Assembly: GCF_001194135.2 (NCBI RefSeq)
Contig: NC_069004.1
Coordinates: 15,412,178 to 15,476,177 of the forward strand
Source: Octopus bimaculoides
Lineage: Eukaryota
Direction: 5' to 3'
Length of the DNA stretch: 64,000 bases
Shown: positions 38,280 to 49,105 of the stretch, piece by piece
Layout of the letters: each line of letters begins with the position of its first letter
How positions within the stretch are numbered: the first letter of the stretch is position 1
Position numbers and translations under genes: made by a program
Notes under the pieces: model-generated
What the model was told of the DNA's origin: nothing
Databases searched by the model: none
The model's input: only the letters and a program-made list of their open reading frames with translations

Positions 38280-41200
38280 CTGCATAAAATACAATAACAT
38301 TAGTAAACATTGTAACCATAGTAACAACAAAATACAACAGCAGTGATTTACTGAAAATGATATGAAAATAAACCACTTTATTACATCAAGTGTTATAGGG
38401 CTCTGTCTGTCTCCCACTACAATTTTGTTAACTCTGAGTGTCTCATTGTCTGGTTGCTGCTATCCCTAACCATATGCAGACACTTTTTTATGAAGATAAT
38501 CCACCTTTTTTTCCTCTAGTCTGGTAAAAAAGGGGACAGTGCTGATGACCTTCATAGATCCTTTTAGCTCAATGACTAATGCCATTGTTTTACTTATGTT
38601 GCAGGAAAGATACAAGGAGGGAGGGAATTCCAGACGACCAATGCTCTGGGGTACTAAAAAGGATTGGGTCTTGGTGAAGTTTGAGGTTTGGATGAGAGGA
38701 GAGATGTTTAAGTCAAGAGTAAGTGAAGAAGGCAGAAGACAAGCCAGTTCCAAAGAGTAGAGGCCATTGTAGTAGTGGCAGAAAAGGCAGAGAGAGGAGA
38801 CAATATATATATATGGGCCATAGGTTGAAGTGTGTTTGTCTGTGATTTTATGTCAATTGACTAGGAGACCATTCCCTGGATGTCAGTGTGTGTAGCCACA
38901 GCACTGTCTCAGATGTGGGCCTCACCTGAACTTAGAGACAAGCTAGTAATAATGTAACGCTGACACTTACCCATAAGGCCTGTATAACTTATATGAACAG
39001 GATATCAACAATTTGTAATGGAAACATGATAGTCGAATGTCAGTGAATAACATCAAGACAAGGAACAACATATAACGAGTCAATATGAGAGCCTGTACAG
39101 TCACTCAAACCGTTAGAAACAACAGCCAAATCACCCTCAAAGCACCCACACACACACATACTTTGTAAATAAAAGGAAGGAAACACTAGGCAATGTAGTC
39201 ATAGATATACAAATTGACAAGATAGTCACGACTGGAACATCTTTCATCATAGATCTGTTTAGTTTGAGTTGAACTGGAGCTAAACAACAATACCAATAAA
39301 ATCTATGAACTGAAATTGTTCCAACCCAACACACAGCTAAAAACTCTAGATTCTCTATAACTGCCATACCATACTATTTCTGATGTTTGTCTGTGGTAAC
39401 CACACATCTATAACATAGCCAAGTTGTATGATAGAGAATAAAGACATCAGGTCGTAAACCAGAAATTTTTTTTTATATGGAAATGCCTGAATCTTCAGGA
39501 CAATTTCTTCAAACAAGAGGTTTTTAACCCTTTCGTAACTATATTTATTTTGAGATGTTCTGTGTTTCTTTCAATTACTTTAAATATAATAAAAAATTTA
39601 GTAAAATAATTTAGTTATTACTCAGCTAGTGTTAGGAACATAAACTGTGACTAAGGTTTGGTGGAAGATTTTAATTCAAAGTTTATGAAAACAAGAGATT
39701 TGTACTCAGAGGCAGAGCCAGTTTCAGCCGGGTTGGTAATGAAAGGGTTAAACTTACTGATTCTTGGATATTCATAAGTAAATCTTCTGAGTAGGCTCCT
39801 TTGTTAGCTTTCAATTTCTTTGTATATCTATTGCAAATTTCACGCAGTTTCTGCTTACTTTTATCACAAAATGTTTTAGCAGATTTGCAGAGCTTTTCAC
39901 GATGTTCTTTTGAAACTCTAAACAAAACAGAAATTTAAAGGGTTAAGCTACATAATTGTTTTCTACAAAGGCAAAAAGACAAATATGTCATATTATAAGA
40001 GGGATTTGAGAATATTGTGCGCTGTACTTTTTAAGTACATTAACATTGAGAATATTGTGTGCTGTACTTTTTAAGTACATTAACAATCTCAAATGAAATG
40101 AAATGATTTTAAACAAAAAGGGTCATTAAAGATATAGAGGCAGGGTAAGCTGTAGACCCAAGAGAAATAGACATTGAAAATATCTAGTGATGTAAGATAT
40201 ACAAATAGGACTTCCATTTACAAGCAGGCCATACAAAGAAGTGTTATCTCCATTGACTAGCATAGCAATATCACTGTCTACTGCTACAAGAGCTAAGAAG
40301 ATAATTAAGAAAAGACCAACTACAAAGGCATCGAATTTGTGGACCATATTATGAAAGTGACAGAAAGGGAATTAGTTTAAACAAGGTGCAGTTTGGGTTT
40401 GTGTCAGGAAATGGAATGGCTGATGTCTTCTTTTCAGTGAAACAGCTACAGGAAAAGTTCTTAACGAAGAACAAACCATTTTAGCTAACATTCATTGAGC
40501 AAGAGAAGACAGTGTTCGATTACAAAATCCATCTGAAAATCATGGTCCCGGAGTATCATTACATTTCCATCCTCCTGCATAACTTTACTTGGTACATGCT
40601 CATACCAGTTCTCTGTTACTTCGTATTGGTATTTACAGCACAAGAGTCAATGAAGATACACACACATTTTATCGTGGCAGCGCTTGCATTCTTTTTGTGC
40701 AAGGCTCTCATATCCACTTACCAAGTGGGTCACATTTTCCACACTCTTTCCACAGAGTCTGCATTTCTGGATGTCAGAAGTTTTATAGATGTTATACTTC
40801 ACTGAATTGGTAGCGAGAGCCTGGTCTTGTGCAGCAATGATCAGGCTTTCGGTGGTATGTTTCAAATCACCTCACTCAAGCCATACCCATAATGCTGTAT
40901 TCTTCTTAACGCCTTGTGTATTCCTTTCAAACTGTCCATGCATTCTCATTTCAAGCGGGTCTTCTTTTCTCTTCTCCTCAACTCTTTGGTTAAATTGTTC
41001 CTTGCTCATCATTTCATCTGCATTTATACTTTATATCTTTCACAGCATATTGCAGCAGGTCTTTATCACTATTTATCAAATACTCGGCAAGCGTTCTCCT
41101 TTCACTCCTTATACAATGGTCTATACTAATTAGTCCTCTGCCACCATTCTTTCTTTTCATGTTATTATTACTATTATTATTATTATTAATATTACTATTA

Positions 41201-44200
41201 TTATGGGTGACACAAGTTATGTTAAGCATAAACATAATGACATAACTTGATTTAAGAACTACCAAATGACTTAGAGTAATTTTTATTCGATGCAGCATTT
41301 TGCTCGGAAGCTAAATCTCACTTTTGGCCTTAACTTACAGACTGGAGTAATAGGACTTGAAAGTCTCACGTAGAAAAAAATCTGTCTCAATGAAATCCAT
41401 CTGACCCATGCAAGTATGAAAAAGTGGACATTAAAACGATGCTGATGATGACGATGATGATTCCATGACCAAGAATCTGGTAAAATACCTAGTCATATAA
41501 ACTATGTAGTCCATGAATGGAATGAAAGCTATTTTTCACCATACTATTTATTATTATTAATGTTAAACACTTTCAAAGGAACAAAGAAAAAGGTAATTTT
41601 CAGAATGAAAGTTGAGATTAGACAAACTTATTTTGGAGAAAAAATAATGTCTTGATTTAAGCAGTGACTAAACTTATGAACTTTTCACCAATGTCCACTG
41701 AAGAGAAGACTATGTTGACATAGACAGGTAATTAAGCAGGACAATGTACAGACCAGAATGAAGATACTTGTGTTAGTTGATAGAAGACATTCACAGAAGA
41801 GACAGACTAAAATGATAAAGAGAAAGGGTTTGATGAAAGCTGAGAAGAGATGAAAAAATGCTGAGTCTAAATTTTAGATCCTAAAATGATTGAGTTGTGG
41901 GGAGCTGGAGTCAGCATCAACAAGAATTTTCATTAAGTGATTACAACAGAGTTCTTACTTTGGTATTGGAATAAAAATAGTTGTTCCATCCACTTGAGGG
42001 TTTATGGCAGCTCCTGATTTAATGATTGCATTCTTCACTATTGGCAAATACTGGAGAGAAAATATAAATCAGTTATTTTAATATTTGTCAAATTCTGCAG
42101 GTAACTGAACCAATCCTCAATATATTTCAGATATTTAAGGTGGCAATCTGGCAGAATTGTTAGCATACTGGGCAAGATGCTTAATAGCATTTTGTCAATC
42201 TCTATAGGGTGTTCACAAAATCTGGGTACATAGGGATTAACACATACTTTAAGAAATTATTATTTCTTATATTTAATTGTTTATGTTATGATTTTATTTA
42301 CTCCATGTACCCAGACTTTGTGGACACCCTGTACATTCTGAGTTCAAATTCCACTGAAGTTGACTTTGCCTTTCATCCTTTTGGGGCCTGATAAAATAAG
42401 TACCAGTTAAGCACTGGAGTTGATTTAATTGACTTGGCCTCCTTCCCCAAACTGGTGGCCTTGTACCAAAATTTAAAACCAATATATTTCAGATATTATT
42501 TTATTAACTTTAACAGAAAGAACTACAAAGGCAATCTCCAGTGTTATCTGAACTTGCAGCCAAACATTGAAATACATTTAATACACAGCTGCCAGCTATG
42601 TTATCTATTTGAATATTAGAAATTGTAGAATGATGGGCAAAAATACTTTGAAGATTTAGTTACAGATCTTCTTTCCCTAACCAATGTTAATTTCATGTCT
42701 CATTATTTTGAAGTCAGTAAGGTGGTGAGGTGGCAGAATCATTACCACACTGAACAAAATGCTTAGTGTCTGTCTTTACATTATGAGTTCAAATTCCACT
42801 TAGCCCGACCTTGCCTTTCACTCTTTGGGGATCAATGAAATAAGTATCAGCTAAGTACTGAGGTTAATGTAATCAACTTGATCCCCTACCCTAAAAACTT
42901 GCTGGCCTTGTGCCAAAATTTGAAACCATTAAAGGTGGCGAGCTGGCAGAATCATTAGCACATTGGACAAAATGTTTAATGATGTTTCAGCCATCTTTTC
43001 ATTATAAATTCAAATTCTGCCGGGGGGGGGGGGGTGTCAATGAAGTAAGTACCAATTGAGAACACTGGGACTGATGTAATCAACTAGCCTCTACTCCTAG
43101 AAAAATTCAGGCCTTGTGACTATAGTAGAAAGGATTATTCTGGAGTCAGTAAAATAAGTAACAATCAAGAATTGGAACCAATCTTAATAAACAATACTCC
43201 CTGAAATTTCAAACTCTTGTATCTATGTTAGCAATTGATATAAATCAGTAAATTAATATTAAATGAAATAATAAGGTGGCAAATTGGCAGAATTGTTAGC
43301 ATACCAGACAAACAGCTTAGCAGCATTTCATCCGCCTTTACCATCTGAGTTCAAATTCCACCAAGGTCTATTTTGCCTTTCATCCTTTCAGGGTCGACAA
43401 AATAAGTACAAATTGAACACTGGAGTCAATTCAATCGACTTATTCCCTCCCTTGAAATTGCTGGTTTTGTGCCAAAATTTGAAATCAATATTAAATGAAA
43501 TAATGGAGTCATAAAGGGGTGGTGATGATTAAGGTAATATGACGAAAGATATACATGGTAAATGAGAAAATAATTACTATGTTTGATGACATATAAGATG
43601 CACTTTTTTCTTCAAAAATTTCTCAAAAAATCGTCCCAGGTCCTACAAAGTTTGGCCTATATTACATGCTTCCATGTACAAAAGAACTTTCTTCTTGAAT
43701 ATGTGCAGCTGATATTGGGGAGTCTTTTATGCCATCAAATATAATAGAATTAATTAATATTAAACGGAAAAGAATGTAATAAGATATGCATAATAGAGAA
43801 GACAATCAGTAGACAAACCTGAGTTGACTCCCTTAAATTAATCACTATCAAAGATGGATTCTTCTGGATAATTTGAGCAATTTGGTTGAGAGGAAATTCT
43901 TTATTTTCTATTTTCACAGTAATTGTATCAAAAACACCTGAAATAAGTGGATTGTGGAGTTATCAGGATTTTGCACAGAAATTAAATGAGAAATAACAAA
44001 GATATGTTAGATTAAACTTATGCAATAGAGTAATTTCATTAATATTACTATATGTCATGTGTCTATATTTGGCAACTGGTTTCTCTTTTTCTGTATTGAT
44101 ATATGAATGTGAAAGGAGAAAGCAGTGGCTGTGCTGAGAGAGGTGGAAGAGAGAGAAAGAAAGTATATCAAGAGATGTGTGTTATAAAGATAGATAGGTG

Positions 44201-46374
44201 AAGGAAGAGAGAGAGAGAAATAGAGACAGATGGGATGGCAATAGTGTGTATGAATAAAAGAGAAGAGATAGAAAGAGAAAAAAAGATAAAGTTCTACAAC
44301 AGAAAGGGAGAATTAGCGAGATGACATGGTAAAAATAATAGAAGTATAGGAAGTGAGTGAACGAGAGAGAGAATGAGAAGGGAGAGAGAGAAATTCAATA
44401 ATATCGTGTTGGGGGGGGGGTAGTAGTAGTAGTGTGCAGTTGGTGAATATGTTGGAAAATCTGATCATTAAACATTGAGTGTGAAGAAGGAAGTGATTGG
44501 CATAAGATGAGAAGAGAGAGAGAGAGAAAGAGTTATTTTTATTTCAAGGCACTGACAATGAAGACAGACGACATGTCTATAGCAACATGAAGAACTTGGA
44601 GACATTAAAGTAATTCATGTTGATGAGAATAATAATAATTATAATGATGACAGTGAAAATTAGGACAACTTACGGGTGGATATTCTGAGAGAAAGTTGAT
44701 TTAAGTAATCCACTTGAAGTTGTTCCAACACACTAGACATTTCGGATTTGAAAGCTGTCAAATTTATTATCTCCTCCATTTCCTCATCACTAACAAACAC
44801 TTTTGGTTTACCTGTTAGCAGAAAAAGGAATTTCTGAGAACCTTCCAAAGGAATAGTCTTCAAAAAGTCATTTGGAAATGTTTATTAGTTTTACCTTTTA
44901 TTGATGAAAACTAAAGAAATTTGTGGAATTGTTGATAAAGAGAAAGAAAACCAAATAACTGGAATCTTAAAAAATTAAAGCATCAGAGGAAATATTCTAT
45001 AATATTTATTCTAGTTAAGGCAGCAAGCTTGCAGAATTGTTAGCAAGCGGGGCAGAATGCTTAGCAGCATTTCATCCCTCTTCACATTCTGAGTTTAAAT
45101 ACCACTAAAGTCGACTTTGCCTTTCATCCTTTCAGAACAGTGGCAGCTCTTAGATATGAAGTGGAAATAGGGGGTACTGCAGTTCCGCAGTTCCTATACA
45201 AGCCGCTACTGTTTCAGGGTCAATAAAATAAGTACTAGTTGAGTACTAGGGTTGATGTAATCAACTTACTCTTTCCTCCAAAATTGCTGGCCCTGTACCA
45301 ACACCTGAAACCAATATTTTTTCTGGTTCCTTACATTGTGAGTTCAATTTTGTTTTTCATCCTCTCGAGGTGAATGCTAGATTTTCTAGAAATAGCAATC
45401 AAATTACACCCTATCATCATGACATGAAAAGAGAGAATTACACTGGCTAATGCAACTAGGCTCATTGCCAGACTTTGGTGCCTGAGGGTACTTCAGAATA
45501 TTCTGGGTGGGCACTAATTTGTATTATAGGAAGATTTGTGTAAACTGTATTTTCTAAATCTGAGGGTACACCATTGAATAGTGAGGAAATGCCATCCAGT
45601 TTGTAAATTGTATTTTATAAATATGAGGGTGTACCATTACCATTGAATAGTGAGGGGGCTGTACCATCCAGTGCACCTACTTAGTGACAGACATAAATGG
45701 AATTCTCTTGTTTCTAGCTATACAATAATTATTTATTTCTTTATTACCCACAGGGGGCTAAACATAGAGGGGACGAACAAGGACAGACAAAGGGTTAAAG
45801 TCGACTATATCAAGCCAGTGCATAACCGGTACTTATTTAATCAACCCTGAAAGGATGAAAGGCAAAGTTGACCTCGGCGGAATTTGAACTCAGAACGTAA
45901 TGGCAGACGAAATAAACATTTCTGCCAGCTTGCTGCCTTACAATAATTATTTACCTGATTCATGGAAGAACATTCAACAAGAGTTCTCAATAACTGATTC
46001 ATAGAGCAACATTCACAGAAAGTCCCAACCAGTTTCTGCAGTAACATTTTGCTAATTTGGAGATCCACCCCAGACAATAATAATTATAACTAGTAAATAA
46101 TGAATGCGGAATGAAAATAAATCCAATACTTACTTGTTTTCTTCTTAGATTTGGAAGCTTTGGCATATTCACGGATATGACACCAGTTGCATGATGCAGT
46201 TAGTGAGACACTGGATCTTGGATCAATATTTCCATGACATTTGGATAACATACATAACATTTGTCTCCTGTTATTGAATGATGTCAAAGTGGAAGGAAAT
46301 TTCTGGATAAAAGCAGGTTGTACCTTTGAAAAGAGACCAGTGCGTAGTCGCCATAAAACCCTCCATGTATTCAT
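38193..46374 (-). CDS. MRRF: Mitochondrial ribosome recycling factor, 6 coding exons, 278 aa
   Basis: complement join(46374-46134,44811-44674,43937-43819,42050-41959,39917-39758,38279-38193) = 837 nt; GT-AG, phases compatible. Basic, acid-poor presequence-like N-terminus ending REYAKASKSKK; RRF motifs FPLNQIAQI, INPQVDGTTIFIPIPKVSKEHREKL, SEDLL, KQKDLLG. Confidence 0.94.
39528..39747. mobile_element. piggyBac-like MITE with TTAA TSDs
   Basis: TTAA|CCCTTTC...GAAAGGG|TTAA (TTAA at 39524-39527 and 39748-39751). Confidence 0.85.
39758..39917 (-). CDS. MRRF: MRRF coding exon 5
   Basis: gtttag|VSKEHREKLCKSAKTFCDKSKQKLREICNRYTKKLKANKGAYSEDLLMNIQES|gtaagt. Confidence 0.95.
40500..41150 (-). mobile_element. 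R4/Dong-like REL non-LTR retrotransposon 3' fragment
   Basis: RKNGGRGLISIDHC; TESLIIAAQDQALAT; zinc knuckle CRLCGKSVENVTHLVSG; RCHDK; NWYEH-like motif. Confidence 0.85.
41959..42050 (-). CDS. MRRF: MRRF coding exon 4
   Basis: ctccag|YLPIVKNAIIKSGAAINPQVDGTTIFIPIP(K)|gtaaga. Confidence 0.94.
42205..42331. mobile_element. 127-bp Tc1/mariner-type MITE nested in a SINE
   Basis: TA|TAGGGTGTTCACAAAATCTGGGTACAT...ATGTACCCAGACTTTGTGGACACCCTG|TA; interrupts the SINE at its TTTA^CATTCTGAG site. Confidence 0.88.
43819..43937 (-). CDS. MRRF: MRRF coding exon 3
   Basis: tttcag|VFDTITVKIENKEFPLNQIAQIIQKNPSLIVINLRESTQ|gtttgt. Confidence 0.93.
44674..44811 (-). CDS. MRRF: MRRF coding exon 2
   Basis: taacag|KPKVFVSDEEMEEIINLTAFKSEMSSVLEQLQVDYLNQLSLRIST|gtaagt. 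Confidence 0.92.
46134..46374 (-). CDS. MRRF: MRRF coding exon 1 (mitochondrial targeting peptide)
   Basis: ttgcag|ATT ATG: MNTWRVLWRLRTGLFSK...REYAKASKSKKKT|gtaagt. Confidence 0.85.
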
Positions 46375-47020
46375 AATCTGCAATATAGTATTAAAAGGAA
46401 GATTTTAAACTGGGAGATTAAAAGCTGCAATATATTATTATTCCTGAGGCTCTTACATTATTAAAGAGAGAAAGCTTATAGTTGGGTCAGTAATCAGGAT
46501 GTTAGTATGTTAATTACAGGATCGGTGGCGCAGCGATTAGAGCATCGGGCTCACAATCACGAAGTAGTGAGTTCGATTCCTGGACCAGCCCATGTGTTGT
46601 ATTTTTGACCAAGACACTTTATTTTCACATTGCTCCAGTTCACTCAGCTATAGAAATGAGCTGCAATGTCACCAGTGCCCAGCTTAATTGACCTCTGCCT
46701 TTCCCTTGGATAACATTGGTGGTGTGGAGAGGGGAGGCTGGTATGCATGGGTGACTACTAGTCTCCCATAAACAACCTTGCCCAGACTTGNNNNNNNNNN
46801 GGTGACTACTAGTCTCCCATAAACAACCTTGCCCAGACTTGTGCCTTGGAGGAGCACTTTCTAGGTGTAATCTCATGATCATCCATGACCAGAGGGGGTT
46901 TTTAGTTGTAGTAATAGTAATAGCAACAGCTGTGGTAGTGATAGAGAAATGCTACATTCTGAGTTCAAAGGATTATTATTAGTAGAAGTAGTAGTTTAAA
47001 GGTATTATTATTATTATTAT

Positions 47021-47053
<33 letters not shown>

Positions 47054-48449
47054 CAGCAAATAAAATAAAGTACCAGACAATTACTAGGGTTGATGGCACT
47101 AACTCCTCCCCTCACAATTGTTGGCCTTGTACCATAATTTGAAACCATTATTAATAAGGGCAGTTAATTGGTGGATTCGCTGAATCATTAGTGTATTGGG
47201 GAAAATGCTTGGCTTTTGAGTCAAATCTATCCAAGGTCAACTTTTCCTTTCATCTCTCTGGAGTCAATAAAATAAGAACTAGTTAAGTATTTGGGATGGA
47301 TGGTGTTGATTAAAAACCCTCTCCTCAAAACTGCTGGTCTAAGTTAGAAATAATTATTTGCCAGAACATTGGATAGCAGAATAGACACAGCACTGAACAA
47401 AATGCTTCAGAATATTTAGTGATGTCAAGGTTGAGAGCTGGCAGAATTTGTTCCGTTTGGCTACGGAAGCAGTGACCCTCCCATTTACTGCAGTATCTAG
47501 AATGTGGGAAGGTGCAAAGTTATAGACTTCTAGATGAGGCACCTACCTCTTACCCAGGAATAAAGGGCAAGACTATCTTGTCTCTTCCCATCCAGTGGGA
47601 TCCAGAAATGAGGGGATATTAACTCGAGTTAGGGCTCGCTTTGTTTTGGTTTTTCATTCTTGCGCAAGACAATGGATGTTTGGGAGAATGTACGGCAAAA
47701 AATAGCTCAGTTCAAGTTAGGTACTTCTTAATCTCATCGGTCAAGGTGCAATATGGAGGAATGAAAGACAAATACTGCAAAACATTAATGCATCGCCGGC
47801 AGTGGACGTTTCTGTCACTCAAGGACACAGTAAATAGCCTCAAGGTGGTTACTCGAGCTGCTAGAAAAAACAGCCAAATTTCCTTCAAATTACACTCTGC
47901 TGTATAAAAGAAGAAGAACGCGTTGGACAATTCAGTTCTATATACACTGTCTGATTAAAAAGATGGGATGGTCACGGTCGAAACGTCTTTGATTATGAGT
48001 CTGCTGGGTTGGAAGCTGACCTGCAGTTCGACAACCTCATCCACCGGTCACAGTATTTATAATTTGAATTCTCTGTTTTCTTGGTGGTTTTGAGAATGGA
48101 TCACCTCTTCATTGATAGCTCGGTTTACAAAGGTGAAGCAATTACATATATTTAATGAATATGAATAAATATTTTATTCCACGAGACAATGAAGCCGCAA
48201 GGTTGTCGCTCGACCTAGCAGACAAACTTCCCTACAATTACACTTCACAACAAGAAAAAACACATTTTGATAATACAGTCCATGATTCATTATGCATGAA
48301 AATAAGATGGGATGGTCACCGCTGAAACGCCTTTGATTATAGATCTGACCTAGGACTAAGTGATAACGAAGTTATTGCAAGTAAGAACTTATCAAAACAA
48401 CCGAAACAAGAAACCTGTCAAGGGCAAAACTTATGAATTATTTCTAATA

Positions 48450-49090
48450 ATATACATATGACATATATTCAATCAATAAATTTCTGATTCCACGATGTTA
48501 CCTCACGTTTGTCAAATTAAAGAAATGTAAGAACAAATGTTTTTACATAATAAAAGCTAAAAACTTTGACAAAAGAAACCAAAATTACTAACCGAGGGGC
48601 ACATGTTAAATGTTTGGCTAGAACTAGTTTTGTATTTACAAGCAATTCACTCTAACGCTACGTAGAATTGAATAGCAGGTTAAATAAGTCTTTATAAATC
48701 AAATATTGTTTTAAAGAAATAAAACTAATTATAATAACTAATTATTCTTATTGCTATTATTAATATTAATCTAAACAAAAAAGATGAATTACTAAATACG
48801 AAACTTAATTTAGTTGCTAGCTTTACACGTTGCCAACTTGACTACTTTAAAATATTTTCTCCTTTAAGTTCTTTTACTTTTCTCTTCATTTAAATATTAA
48901 CCACAATATTAACCCTTATATTAGCTGCTTTGCCATCACTAAAACAAATATTTATGAGATATTTAGCTAAGCCATTAAAAAAGCCATAATAGAGAGAATT
49001 GCGACTGATTTTGGTTTCCTTGTTCCTTTTTAAAGGCTTTTGTTTGTAATTAAGAAATGTTTTTGTAAACCCTTCACAATTTGTTGTGAA
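48450..49090. promoter_or_regulatory. Putative bidirectional promoter region between MRRF and RBM18
   Basis: The genes diverge here. MRRF coding exon 1 has an acceptor 3 nt before its ATG, so it needs an upstream non-coding exon; a candidate minus-strand donor GAG|gtaaca is at 48501. TSSs cannot be seen directly. Confidence 0.5.
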
Positions 49091-49105
49091 ATGACTTCGG
49101 ACATG
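49091..49105 (+). CDS. RBM18: RBM18 coding exon 1 (MTSDM)
   Basis: ATG ACT TCG GAC ATG|gtaagt; phase 0 fits exon 2, which has no ATG before the RRM. Confidence 0.75.

Noticed and set aside
46750-46840. Direct repeat flanking a 10-N gap
   Set aside because: Typical unmerged contig overlap, an assembly artefact.
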